Below are positions 42,033-54,950 of a stretch of 64,000 bases of DNA, one piece after another. This stretch comes from Octopus vulgaris (taxonomy: Eukaryota). Under the pieces are notes generated by a model. That model did no database searches. It worked only from the letters and a program-made list of their open reading frames with translations, and had not been told where the DNA came from. Where the stretch lies: assembly GCA_951406725.2 (NCBI GenBank), contig OX597821.1, positions 49,972,001 to 50,036,000 of the forward strand, in the 5' to 3' direction. Both the position numbers and the translations under genes were made by a program. How positions within the stretch are numbered: position 1 is the stretch's first letter; each line of letters opens with the position of its first letter.

Positions 42033-45000
42033 AGGGTACCGGAATACCACTTGCTAGAAAAAGGAGCTAACACTCCAAATCCCCAAATTTCTCACTATTA
42101 AGAAACACAAAATGTGAAATCAAGTGATACCAAAATATCTGTTCTTGCTTTGTGGTTTATATAAGGTATGTGGCAGAGGGAGTGACCAGGTGCGAACTCG
42201 TAATTCTACAAGGAAATTTGGTCACCTGTTCTTTTGACGTTTTAGACAAATGTCTTTGGGTCCTTATGTAACTTGAGAGGTTGAAAACTCATAAACTCAA
42301 ATTTATTTTATATAAATAGTGATAAAATACAATAAGCAATAGAGAAATACTTACGGTTTCTACAGCTCCACTGAGAAGATCAACTGCAGATGAAGTAGCT
42401 TCACAAAGAGACAAGGATTTTTGGGTGAGTAAGTATGATAGAAATTTTGAGGTTTCTTCAGTATTGACGTTGCCGTCTTCTATCTCTTTCTGTAGTTTGT
42501 TTAGCTTCTAGCAAAGAAATTCAAGAAAAAATACACATATATATTGGGTGAGCATAGAGTGTGTGTCTGTGTGCATGCGTTTTACAGTTCATACATGATA
42601 TGTATGCTGATAGATTTACGTACAAGTATATTAAACTGCTTGATAGGAAGGACATATAAGCAATACATCATTCCACAATAGTAATACGCTAACGAGGTAT
42701 TCTGTCGTACTGATATACAAAAATAAAAAATAAATATGTAATCTAAACAAAGTATATAGCATGCATGCCTCCTATGCCTTCGTGTAATATAATGTGGCTT
42801 GTGTACCTTCAAGTATCCATATTTCGTGTTGACACGTAAACTTTGTAGCACAAGGAACGGTCGCATCTCATCATCTAAAGAAAATTATCCCATTTTGTCA
42901 AGTAAATTTTAAATCAAATATCCACGATAACTATATTTCTATATGAACAAAAATTTCTGCGTTAGATGCTTTCTCAAGATATCAACCAGGTCTCTGCCCT
43001 AGCTGAAGAAACAGCGTCGATTAAAAAGTTGAAATGCAGAAGGAATGTCTCTTCGCTATTTTGTTCATACATCAACTCAATCAGGATTGACCTAGGGTTA
43101 AACAATAACATGTGAAATATTTAAAACTTACTCTCTCGACAAAAGTTTTTCCTATGTTCATCACATTATCTGCAAAACTCACGAACTGGTTCCACTGTTT
43201 GGTAGGGAATACTTTATAAATGGGAGCGTTGTACATCAACGGCTGCATCAGCTTGAAGTAGCCGACCAGGTTAGCGATGAAATCCAAAGCTAATTTTGGT
43301 GGTTCTGGGTCAAGACAGCCGATTCTTTCCTCAAAAAGTACCGTACCGACGGCTATAATAAAAATAATAGTCATTCTTTTAATTTATCACGTCACCACTC
43401 AATATTCATTCACACAATAAGTGCATGTGTGTGAGTGTGCGTGCGTATGTGTGTGTATGTGTGTGTGTGTGTATGCATAAGCATGTAACCGTGCTAGTAT
43501 CTAGGTGTTACGCTTAAGCCATAGTTTGCTAATGTCTATAGTTATCACTGTAACACCGAAGATCAGGCTCATTGCCCTACTCTGTTTTGCATTTTGTTCA
43601 TGTTTATTAATTAAAATTTTTGGGTGTCCTCACTCTGTCATATTTTAAAACCACAATTAGTTATTTACACAATAATTGAATTGACCCACTCACTTCAATG
43701 CTTGAATAAGTTGTTGTATGTGTATATAGATAACCACTGATGTAAGGGGTAACATTTTAGAATCATAGAAATAACTGAACTAGGAAAAGCAATGTCCCGA
43801 ACATCATTATTATGTTGAAAAATCAATCCACCACCTTTCTTTAGCAGGAACGACGGCTGCCCTTCCTCTGCCTGGTCAGTGTAGTGAAAAATGTTTTGTG
43901 ATGGACTCATCTGAAAGGCTTGAAAACAGGTATTTTCCTTTCTAATCAAGCTCTCAAACTTCTTCAAGTACCACTAGAAGAGAGTGGTCAGAGTTGAGAG
44001 GGAGATTCTACCTTCTTGAGTGGTTAACGGAAGTTAGATCACGGATAAAGCTGAATGGGTCTACTCTGAGTATATTTGTCTATGTATATAATATATATAT
44101 GATATATATATATATATAAATAAATAAATATATATATATATATATATTAACTGATGCTCATGTTTGCACATTCAATACAGTCGAAGAAATTAAAAAGTAA
44201 AAAGCAAAAGCGGTCACAAATAACTGCTCGGTACTTCTGGTGTAAATCGTTCTCAAAATACTAATAATTATATAGAATCAACTGTTTCTGTTTTCAGCAC
44301 GGACATTCTGCTCCATCCTGGTCATACAGAAGATGACGCTGATTCTGATTGAGAATTAAGTTAAGGGTACAAGTATCTGTGAAATAGGCAGCTATTTACT
44401 AATTCGCAAAATCGATAAAGAGAGAAATTCATTTTTCTTCTATCAACTTTTTCTTGAAGAAGAACTGTCAGAAGCGTTGGATTTTCCATTCCCCACGGCA
44501 CATATTTTTTATTATCGATTTTACGAAATAGTCCAAGTCTTGCTGACGCAGACTAACACCAGTCTGTGTTTGATCATATATATTAACTAATTCAATGAGC
44601 AAAGTGCTCAGTTGGTTAAATAACTGGAATATTTGTCGTCAAATAATCCCATTATTTATTCAACTGCTTAATTTAACTTTTAGACGTTGAGACGTTGCAA
44701 ATTCGGTATAGATAAAAAAAAAATAATATGATCCGGGGCGGCGCGTTGGCGAGACTGTTAAAGGGTCAGAAAAAGTGCCTCGTGGTATCTGTTCCGGGCC
44801 CCTGCATTCTGAGTTCAAATTCCGCCTAATCACCGAATAGCGGCGACTCGTCTGTCAGGATTTGAGACTGACTGATAATAACAGCAATTTGAGAAACCAA
44901 TGAAAATAAAGTCTCCTTGGTTTGATCTGAAGAGCGGCAGCCATCACAACCAACTACCACTTCTTAGGAGCTGTTACACGATCGCTCAGTCTGCAACCGA

Positions 45001-47381
45001 ATTCCCTCAATTCACACCACCTTGTTTTTAAAAGGTGGTTACTCTAGTCCTAAACAGAATGTCAGGATGGTTATAGAATAAGCCCCTTTAAATAACAATC
45101 AGCATCACATCAAGCTCTTTCAGCATTCTCACCATCATTATCAACACCTATTGCCTCTACCGTATGAAGTTACGTAATACTTACACTCCATAGACCACTT
45201 GAAAATTTCATGTTCTAAATTATGCACTTCTCCATTTTCCGACTGTTGTAACAAGTCAAGTCTGGTGATGAAATCATTGGCAACTGCATCCATCGCTGAA
45301 CAATGCTGCTGTATCTCTTTACTGAGAAGAAGTTTTCGGCTCAGCACTGATCTGTATTTGTGCCATTCTTCGCCTTGCCTACAACATACATAAAGAAATG
45401 GTTGCTTTTAAAAACAACTTCGAAGATTTCGATGATTTTTTTTTTCTTTTAGTCAGCAGTGTTGACTAGAACAACGCAATATATATATACAAACATATAC
45501 ATTCTAAGCATTAGAAAAACGGTTGAAATACAGCGATTTTCAATACATAGTAGAAACCAACTCATTTCTTAAAGTTCTCTCAAAGAACAGGAACAGAACA
45601 CTACTTCCCTTGTGCATAAGCCGGTCAAATTTTGAACAACATAAAAAGCCATTATTCTAAAAAAAGAAAGGCGAAATGGCAGTCATTAGAGCTATGAATA
45701 GAGAATGTATCACAGAATCTGTTTCGAATCACCGTGTTCTGAGTTCAAATCCTGCCAAGGTCAACTTTGCTTTCATTCTTTAGGGATCGATAAAAAAATT
45801 TCAGTCCGGAGCATTGAATTGGTGGAAGTGTGATAAAATCGAACCGGATACATTGCACTATTTGTTTCTGCACTAGACGCTTAGAATTCAAATTCTGTCA
45901 TGACTTGCTTGGATAGCAAACTTAATCTGCCATCCTGCTTAACACCACTACCTGGCACTTTGCACCTCTATGTTGCAAATATTCGGACCAAGTCTCCAGA
46001 TTGAATATAACTTCTTTCCTCATTCCCACTAGTATCGGTGGCTTTCTAAACGATTATAGGTACTACCTTCTTTCCATGTTGACCAAACAAAAACATAATT
46101 CATCCAGTAATGTCGGCCATTTTATCTGACTACAAGGCATAAAACAAAAGATGCATTTTAAAGGATAGCCTATTTACAATCGCAGAGATATTCCAGGAAT
46201 GTATTCAAATAGGTTAGAGATAAGAAAATGATATTTACGAAGTCAGAGTTTGTTTCTCTGTATGGTGTCCACTTCGCAGTCTATCGTTTTCTTCTTACAT
46301 GTTAATAAGATATGTATAAATACTAACAAGATAGAATGAACTGAGATAGACTAAAAAATCCTATCTTTAGGAGACTACCTGGATATTAACTAAAATCCAA
46401 AGTCAGAAGAAAACCAGTGAAAGTCCGTATGATTGCTTAAATAAATCTATTTATGGTAACTACATTTATTTAAGCCACTATACTGTCTTGAAGATTATCT
46501 AAGGAGTTCCCCTCTTGCTAAATATAATTAAGACTGGCTTTAGGCTAATATTCTTTTAGAAATTATTTCAAGGATTAAGCACGCGATTACCACATATATT
46601 CATGTACAGTGCAAGAACCTTAATGCAAAACAGTAGGATTAAATAAGTGTATAAAATATTTATACAATATATACATGTATACGTATTGCCACTATACTTC
46701 ATGTGGAAAGAATAAGAGGATGAAATATTTTATCGATTTTTAGGTACAGAAGCGGGAGCTCATATTATATTCAAGACAGCATTATATTCGAGTAAATAGA
46801 TAAGTAATGAACTAAATAAATTTTCTTACGAGTTGATTAATCCAAGATCGATTCCTCGTTGATAACGGTGGTACATCATTGGTTCCATTTCTCGTCGATT
46901 TGGGAAGCGGCCTTCAGCTTTGATAACTTTGCTATATTCATCTAGATCACTTATTACTACTGTTTTTACTGTTGTGATCTGTTCTCGAAATATTGGACCA
47001 TATTCTAGTGCTCTTTTGTTGTATGCCTGAAGGAAAAAAATAAGATGAAATCATATTAACTCGTTTTTGCATTCTATTCGTTGAACACAGGGGTTATAAT
47101 GTTGTTTAGATTCATTCAGACGAATTTAAACTATCAATGTTTAATAATTTAAATTATTCTAAGTTAATATGTTGTATGGAAAATGTGGACCTCGAGAAGA
47201 ATTCTAGAATGTTCTTCTGGCAGAAAAGTAAAGGGAGAAATAGAATCACACGGGAATATATACATTTAAAAAAACAGAAAGAAAGAGACGGAGATAGAAC
47301 GGCACATTAAAGTTAGACATAAAGTTAGGCAACTGCATTCTATTTTGGTGTAGTATAGATAAAAGACGTTGTTGTTGATGT

Positions 47382-47442
<61 letters not shown>

Positions 47443-49624
47443 AATGACGATGACGACGACGTCGATGAAGATGACGACGACGACGATAACATGATCATGA
47501 TCATCAACGTCATGATGTTTATGATGACGATAACGACGCCAATAATGATGATGATGACAATGATAATGATGATGATAATGATGATGTCGATGATAACAAG
47601 GAAGACGGCGACAATGAAAGCGCTGCGACCGTGACGAATTTGCCATAAATTTCAAACTAACCTCAAACATTTTTGTAAAGGACAAGCCATCTTTCTTGAA
47701 ATAATCGAGAAGCGTTCCTAAGATTGGCAACCCTTTAGGTCCAGGTATCTCTTCAAATGGACGTCCAATCAAATTACTGCTCGCTCGCTCTTCCGAAGCA
47801 TATGTCTTGAGAACGTTCAAAGTTTTCCTCATAGGACATTCCTGTAGCACAAAAAACAAATATATATATATACATACATACACACAAATGCATATAACAA
47901 TTGCTTCTTAAAAAATAACCAATCCACGCTTTGTCTCAAATATTTCCATTTTTTTCTTTTGATTCGAAATGAGGATATTTATTACATACTTTTTTGCTTT
48001 TCTTAATTTTTTTTTTTTTCTCTTTTATTTTGAGAATTCTCAATTCACACAGATGCCATCTATTTGAAGCATTTCCTTTTCCACTACATGAAACGCTTCA
48101 AATAGATCTAGATTTATTGTTGTAGACTAGACCCTGACACGAACCATCAATTTTGCTTCTCGTTTTGTCATTCATTTGAATTAACCATCTAAGATTCGCT
48201 GACGACATCGTACAGAAAGCAGTGAGCACCGATCCATTACAGACCATGCTGGACGAACTGGATTTCATGGATACGGAGATCCAGAAAAGCAAGAAACATT
48301 ATAAAATGCTTATGCAATATTGTATGATTTGTTTACAAAATAAATAAAAGATTTTAAAATTTGTCGACTTTTATTATATCGATCATATAAATCGTTTCCG
48401 GTATAAATTAATATTCCTAAGAAATATTACCGGTCCCCGGCACATTGGAAAAAAAACTGCCGGCACGCCACATCAGATAGTTTGAGAAGCACTGCCCTAT
48501 ACGACGGAAATTTTATTTTAACATAGACTATGTTGAGAAGGCATCATCGTCGAAATTCTTCGAAGTAAACAGCCACTGTTGATATTGTGCGTATGTACGT
48601 AATACATACATACGTACATACTCACACACACATATATACATACATACATACATACATACATACATACATACATACATACATACATACATACATACATACA
48701 TGCATACATACATATATACATGTATGCATGCATGCGTACATACATATATATATGCATGCATACACACATACATATATGCATACACGCATACACACATATA
48801 CACACATACACATACATGCACACATACACACATACACATACACACACATACATACACACACATATATACACACACGTACATACGTACATGCATACACGCA
48901 TACACACATACATACACACGGACATGCATACGTGTATGCATACATACACACATGCATCTATATACAGATAGCAATAACCATGTCTTCGCTAATTGTTTTT
49001 AAGTGAATATGTAGTAGTAAATAGACACAGACCCTCACTCTTCGCCCGTCTCAGGTTCTTCAACCACCTCAGCCCCTCACCTTGAGAAACATCCAGAGTG
49101 TTCTACTGTAAGGGGAGAGACGGGTACTCCAACACCCGGCTTGTAATCATTTCCAGCTGAGTGAAATGAAATGCCTTCAGGACGCAATTCCCCTCCTGAT
49201 ACAACAATTATACCACGAACCTAGGAACCCAAGCGAAACACCTTAACCACTGGCCTTATAACTATACCCCATAATATCGTTATTTTTATTGAATTCTGAA
49301 GCAGCTGAACCGGTTTTGTTTTAGTATTTGTAACACAAAACCTCAGATCCAAAGGCGATCGTTAGTAATAAATAGTCTCATAAGAAAACTAGACAGAAAT
49401 TCTAGACAGATAAGGATCGACATATACAACCTAGATTCTGAGGGGACGCGCCGACAGAGATATTATTGTGACTTTTGAAAGAAAATGTGTATATATTACT
49501 GTAATCTGAGTAGTCATGTTTGTGTATGCGTGTGGGTAAGGGTGTATGCCTGTCTATGCCAGCGCGTGTGTGTATGAATGAACATACAGACACGCATATG
49601 TATACATGCATATATATTTGTGTG

Positions 49625-49681
<57 letters not shown>

Positions 49682-50913
49682 TATATTTACGTTCATATAT
49701 ATATATACATATATATACATATTTATATACATATTTATATATATATACATATATATATACATATACATATATATATTCATATATATATACATATATACAT
49801 ATATTTATATACATATATATATATATATGCATACATATATATACATATATATATGCATACATATATATATACATACATATATATACATATATACATATAT
49901 ATATACATACATATATATCCATATATATACACATACATATATGTATATATATATATATATATACATATGTATATATATATATATACATATATATACATAC
50001 ATATATATATACACATATGTATATATATACATATATATACATATATATATACATATGCATATAAACATACATTTCATTTCATCTAGTTTCAGCTCACGAG
50101 CTGTGACCATGCTGGGGCACCGCCATTTGGTGTTGCTACATAATTTTACTTTACGAATGCTTTTTAGCAATTGACATTTGGTGCATGAGAGAGTTTGATG
50201 CAGCTGCCCTCATCTGCACCTCCTGCCGTGAAGCTGGTTCATTTGGGACACCTGACAGGAAGAGATCCAGCTTTATTTTAAAGACATCCGCATCCACCCC
50301 ATGCAGGTCTCTCAGGTCCTTCGGGAGGATATTAAAGAGCTGTGGACATCTGAAACCCAGGCTATCGCAGTATCTTGTCCTATATCTTGATGGCAAATTT
50401 GGAGTCCTTGGCACTATGCAGTGGCGCCCAGTTCTAGTATTTGTGTAACTCTCGATGCCAAAGTTTGGGACAAGTCCTTCCAGGATCTTCCAGATGTATA
50501 TTATGGCATATCTTTCTCGCCTACGCTCTAAGGAACAGAGTCTTAATCTCTTGAGTCTTTCCCAATAGCTTATACGCTGCACAGAGGCTATCTTCTTCGT
50601 GTAGCTTCGTTGTATGTGTCATTTCATGTTAGTCTCAAAACTCTTTAAACATCCCTCATAACTATGACGCCACGCAGTTTCTGCGAATTTAAGCAGATAG
50701 AAACACTTTTTTTTTTTAACTTTTAGGTAACGTTTGAAAATATGAATGAAAGAATGCTTTAAAAATAAAGAAAACCAAACTAACCGTTATAAATGTGTCG
50801 TCAAGCTCTGCTACTCGTTGTTGTCCTGTGGCTGACGTAGATATATTGCGCATGTTTGAGTAAAATACAGTCTTCTTATAAGTCTGCTGTGTTAATCTTC
50901 GAAAAGTGGCCAT
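32523..50913 (-). CDS. CYP10: Cytochrome P450, mitochondrial clan, CYP10-like; 11 coding exons, 1647 nt, 548 aa
   Basis: Exons spliced by hand with GT-AG introns and consistent phases: 50785-50913, 47662-47841, 46830-47026, 45185-45378, 43132-43352, 42355-42507, 41144-41310, 37864-37942, 36236-36395, 33877-33920, 32523-32645. Motifs: basic presequence, proline hinge PGPKGLP, C-helix WHKYR, I-helix GAVETT, K-helix EALR, meander FRPKRW, heme [10 protein letters not shown]. The Trp-type heme motif and C-terminus match my recollection of Lymnaea CYP10; the family call needs BLAST. Confidence 0.93.
32915..33455 (+). mobile_element. Interspersed repeat with (AAT)n tail, probably a non-LTR 3' UTR; a related copy begins near 63900
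   Basis: 33230-33310 is similar to 63920-64000; ends in (AAT)n. Confidence 0.55.
33877..33920 (-). CDS. CYP10: CYP exon 10, 44-nt small exon ([15 protein letters not shown])
   Basis: CAG acceptor, GTAAA donor, phases 1/0; GRRxAExE continues the heme motif. Confidence 0.93.
34341..35597. repeat. Perfect 255-bp inverted repeat (arms 34341-34595 and 35343-35597) in CYP intron 9
   Basis: Arms read as exact reverse complements, including the unique spacer between two SINE pieces. Confidence 0.92.
36236..36395 (-). CDS. CYP10: CYP exon 9 (meander and heme-binding Cys: FRPKRW...[10 protein letters not shown])
   Basis: 160 nt, phases 0/1. Confidence 0.95.
37864..37942 (-). CDS. CYP10: CYP exon 8 ([10 protein letters not shown]...GYHIPAG)
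   Basis: 79 nt, phases 2/0, GYxIPxG motif. Confidence 0.93.
38488..38786 (-). mobile_element. Second, inverted copy of the hammerhead SINE (head slightly truncated)
   Basis: Reverse-complement match to ~38809-39063. Confidence 0.8.
38562..38604 (-). ncRNA. Minimal type I hammerhead ribozyme, sense to the CYP pre-mRNA
   Basis: CAC CUGAUGA A GGCUG [10 nt] CAGCC GAAAC GUU^ GUG; stem I shortened to 3 bp. Confidence 0.6.
38787..39063 (+). mobile_element. tRNA-headed SINE carrying a hammerhead ribozyme
   Basis: A box TGGCATAGTGG, B box GAGTTCGATTCC, (AAT)n linker, then a hammerhead motif. Confidence 0.8.
38943..38988 (+). ncRNA. Minimal type I hammerhead ribozyme
   Basis: GACAC CUGAUGA A GGUUG [10 nt] CAGCC GAAAC GUU^ GUGUU; stems I and II pair; stem III is the palindrome ACGU. 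Confidence 0.7.
41144..41310 (-). CDS. CYP10: CYP exon 7 ([19 protein letters not shown]...KACLKEALR)
   Basis: 167 nt, phases 0/2, K-helix ExxR. Confidence 0.94.
42355..42507 (-). CDS. CYP10: CYP exon 6 (KLNKL...FLSYLL...DLLSGAVET)
   Basis: 153 nt, phases 0/0, I-helix. Confidence 0.92.
43132..43352 (-). CDS. CYP10: CYP exon 5 ([13 protein letters not shown]...FVER)
   Basis: 221 nt, phases 1/0, LFxxRxGCL mito-clan motif. Confidence 0.93.
45185..45378 (-). CDS. CYP10: CYP exon 4 ([10 protein letters not shown]...FKWSMES)
   Basis: 194 nt, phases 2/1, C-helix WxxxR. Confidence 0.93.
46830..47026 (-). CDS. CYP10: CYP exon 3 ([15 protein letters not shown]...EGRFPNR...GLINS)
   Basis: 197 nt, AG/GT boundaries, YGPIF and EGxxPxR motifs typical of mito-clan P450s. 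Confidence 0.93.
47662..47841 (-). CDS. CYP10: CYP exon 2 (ECPM...[21 protein letters not shown]...MFE)
   Basis: 180 nt, AG/GT boundaries, P450 proline hinge. Confidence 0.93.
49600..50065. repeat. Cryptic TA/CA compound microsatellite
   Basis: Alternating purine-pyrimidine low-complexity tract; similar tracts at 48600-48960, 27430-27610 and 53970-54140. Confidence 0.9.
50080..50615 (-). mobile_element. CR1/L2-like LINE 3' fragment in CYP intron 1
   Basis: [23 protein letters not shown]...[12 protein letters not shown]...FKIKLDLFL; 3' tail with stem-loop. Confidence 0.85.
50785..50913 (-). CDS. CYP10: CYP coding exon 1 (mitochondrial presequence [14 protein letters not shown]...FIT)
   Basis: 129 nt, phase-0 GTTAG donor. 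Arg/Lys/Ser/Thr-rich, acid-poor N-terminus with an RNISTS cleavage-like motif. Polypyrimidine tract plus CAG acceptor at 50934-50936. Confidence 0.8.
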
Positions 50914-51467
50914 TTTTCTTTGTTTTACTTTCACTGAAATCGAACAAAAAAGGACGATATAAATACAATTATATTAGACTAAACGAGAAATCGATTGCTG
51001 ATTTTCTTCGATACCTAACTTGAAATGCTTGTCACAATTTTAAATACCACGGCTCATATTCTAGATTGTTTTATACGTTACAGGATGTCAGTGGGAATAC
51101 TTCGTGTATGTTAAACACATCTCCATAGCTTATTTTCCTTGGTTTCTTGTTTGTAAAACGCAAAGTCTCGAATCGTTTAGTCTCCATTCGTCATCATATT
51201 GCCGTATATTTAAGCATGGTTTAAATACACTTATGTATTGGTCTATGTCACAAAGAATAACATAAAAGTATTGACAACCAAACTCAGTAAAAGCAATGAT
51301 TTATTTTACGAAAGCACAAGCTATAATTTTAAAGAAGCTTCAAGCAAGAAAGAGCAAAAGACAATTCTAAATAGAACCAGCTAATTATGGAATTTAAACA
51401 TAAGCACATGACCTGGTAATAATAGCAGATAACGATATCTTCGTTCGCTGTTCGATACTTAGTATCC

Positions 51468-51498
<31 letters not shown>

Positions 51499-52058
51499 TG
51501 TATGTATGTATGTATGTATGTATGTATGTATGTATGTATGTATGCATGCATGCATGCATGTATGTATGTAGATAGATAGATACTAGTATATATATATATA
51601 TCTTTTATATATGACCATACACATATACATAGGAATATATAATGTATATTTGCATATGATATAATGGTCACAAATTTTGGCACAAGGCCAGCAATTTCGG
51701 AGGAGGGGTCGATTACATCGTCCAATGCTCAACAAGTATTTACTTTATCGACCCCGAAAGGATGAAAGGCAAAGTCGACCTCGTTGTACAGACGACATAC
51801 CGGTAAGCATCTTTGTCCGACGTGCTAACGTTCCTGTCCGCTCACTGCTTATTTATTTGTATATTATTTGTTTTTATATTATGGTGCGACAAAAATAATT
51901 TTACATTAAACTAAAGGATCGCAATATCTTTTACATAATACATATTTATTATTTTTAAAAGGAATAGTATCGACAGTGACTTCGAAGTCACAGTCAATAC
52001 TATTCCTGTCAAAGAATTATGTGTGCGTGTGTGTGAGTGTGTGTGTATGTATGAATGC

Positions 52059-52145
<87 letters not shown>

Positions 52146-52188
52146 CAATAATAATAATAATATTAACAATAATAATAATAATAATAAC

Positions 52189-52236
<48 letters not shown>

Positions 52237-52691
52237 TACAGGGAGTATATCTCCAAACTTACAGGGAAAAATTCAATTTAGTATTAAATCAAATTTCACA
52301 ATATAAATATATAATATATAAAAATTAGAAACAAAAACACTATTATGTAATTCACACAATGATAGACTTAAACCAAATCATATAGAAAATATAAAATATA
52401 TTATAAAGCATATAACTAGATCACAAAAACTACAAAACATTAAGAAACAATATATAAGTAATAGTATATAATATAATATAATATACTTATTATATATTGT
52501 TTCTTCATTTTTTGTACTTTTTGTGATCTAGTTATATGTTTTATAATATATTTTACTTTTCCGCGGAATATTCCAGAAATTTAGCATTTATTCAGTCTAT
52601 ATACACAAGTATAGACATATAGACATACGCGTGAGTACACATACGGAAGCCATGTTTGAATTACATAATAGTGGGTTTTTTCTCTAATCTA

Positions 52692-52756
<65 letters not shown>

Positions 52757-52763
<7 letters not shown>

Positions 52764-52955
52764 TTCTATAGCGTTGCTGGACCTCTTCCTGTCGAGAGTC
52801 CCAGATGAGCCTACCTCACGGCAAGAGGTGCAAATCAGGGTAGGTATATCAAACTCCATTCTTCAAGTGCCACATATTAGAGGAGGCTCCTAGTAATAAC
52901 AGTGTAGCGCAAAACGGTGATGCATCAGCATGGCCGCAGCTCTGAGCTGAAACTT
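52757..52955 (+). mobile_element. CR1/L2-like LINE 3' fragment
   Basis: LDLFLSRVPDEPTSRQEVQ matches the 50151 ORF end; same 3' hairpin tail. Confidence 0.7.
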
Positions 52956-53294
52956 TAAAAAAAGGAGTGGCTGTGTGGTAAGTAGCTTGCTAACCAACCA
53001 CATGGTTCCGGGTTCAGTCCCACTGCGTGGCATCTTGGGCAAGTGTTTTCTGCTATAGCCCCGGGCCGACCAATGCCTTGTGAGTGGATTTGGTAGACGG
53101 AAACTCAAAGAAGCCCGTCGTATATATGTATTGACAACCGATGCTGGTGTGTTTACGTCCCCGTCACTTAGTGGTTCGGCAAAAGACACCGATAGAATAA
53201 GTACTGGGCTTACAAAGAATAAGTCCCGGGATCGATTTGCTCGACTAAAGGCGGTGCTCCAGCATGGCCGCAGTCAAATGACTGAAACAAGTAA

Positions 53295-53423
<129 letters not shown>

Positions 53424-53461
53424 ATACATATTTATATATATAATGTATGTATTTGTTATAT

Positions 53462-53660
53462 AACGGAGTCTGGACAGATTTCTTCAAAGAATACCGGATA
53501 AGCCACCCATACCTGGATGCAATTCACTCAACAAGAACTCACTACTTGAATAGACCATAAGCAAAACTTGACTTAAACAGGATTTAGATAATCCTATCAG
53601 GTGGTGCTATTAAATTAAACATGGCCTGGACCAATCTTTGGTCGAAACATACCTAAGTTT
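53462..53660 (+). mobile_element. LINE (CR1-like) 3' end, same family as 5810-6030
   Basis: Direct sequence similarity. Confidence 0.65.
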
Positions 53661-53677
53661 GAAAAAAAAAAAGTTAA

Positions 53678-53829
53678 AATTTTGGAAAAAAACCCCTTTT
53701 ATTTCTTCATAATTATTAGCCCTTTCGTTCCTTTGTAGAACCTGTCAAATACAATTTTGTATTTGACAGGTTCTAGAGAGGAACAAAAGCGCTAATAATA
53801 ATGAAGAAAAGGTTTTTTTTTCCAAAATT
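53678..53829. mobile_element. Palindromic MITE-like element
   Basis: Fold-back centred on agaacctgtcaaatacaa/ttgtatttgacaggttct; outer arms aattttggaaaaaa/tttttccaaaatt. Confidence 0.6.
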
Positions 53830-53972
53830 CCGACGACTTTTTTTTATCAATATTCAATTCTGTACATCACACCCAACACTCTATACATATAAATATATAT
53901 ATAATATATATAATAAGATTGTAAATAAAACGATTGTAAATAAACGTGAAGATCAAAGTTGAAATTTCTTTG

Positions 53973-54009
<37 letters not shown>

Positions 54010-54076
54010 GTGTGTGTGTATATATATGTATATGTATGCATGTATATGTGTGTGTATATATGTATATATATGCATG

Positions 54077-54147
<71 letters not shown>

Positions 54148-54396
54148 CTTTACTACCCACAAGGGGCTAAACACAGAGGGGACAAACAAGGAAAGACAAA
54201 CGGATCAAGTCGATTACATCGACCCCAGTGCGTAACTGGTACTTAATCTATCGACCCCGAAAGGATGAAAGGCAAAGTCGACCTCGGCGGAATTTGAACT
54301 CAGAACGTAACGCCAGACGAGATACGGCTACGCATTTCGCCCGGCATATAAATATATATATATGTATGTATGTATATATGTATGTATGTATGCATG

Positions 54397-54427
<31 letters not shown>

Positions 54428-54913
54428 CACATATAGACACGCACACATGTACTTAGGAGAAAATCCCTTTAGAAGTTTAAAGTTTTAATTTACTAATTCG
54501 AAACTGCGGCTTGTCTATTGTAAGTGCTGCAGTAAATACCGATACACGTGCTTATCTCTATTATGACGTACACACACGTCACCGTTTCATAACACTCTAC
54601 AACATGTGTCGAATACCAAAATGTCATTTATTTTTCCGTGATGAATGAACAGGAACGTGTTATGTGTCACACATTCGACACCTTTCTTTACCGGTATGTT
54701 TACATTTATTTTCGCTGTCAAGAAAAAGATTTCAAAAAGAAAAAGAATAAAAAAGAAAAAAAAGAAAAGAGAAAAAACAACAATGTCACATAAGCACAGC
54801 TATCTATACTCTTTCGTTTCTTCGTTAGCAGAACAACGTACAATTCATACAGACAAGCAATTTAAGAAAATCTATTTGTTATTGTCACAGTATTATTTTC
54901 CTTTTCTCCTACT

Positions 54914-54950
<37 letters not shown>

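Noticed and set aside
47266-47883. 205-aa ORF as a single CDS
   Set aside because: Only 47662-47841 is exonic; the rest reads through intron and (GAT)n repeats.
50914-50934. GTG start giving an MKVKQRK extension
   Set aside because: The GTG overlaps a splice acceptor (CAG|TG); the ATG at 50913 is the plausible start.
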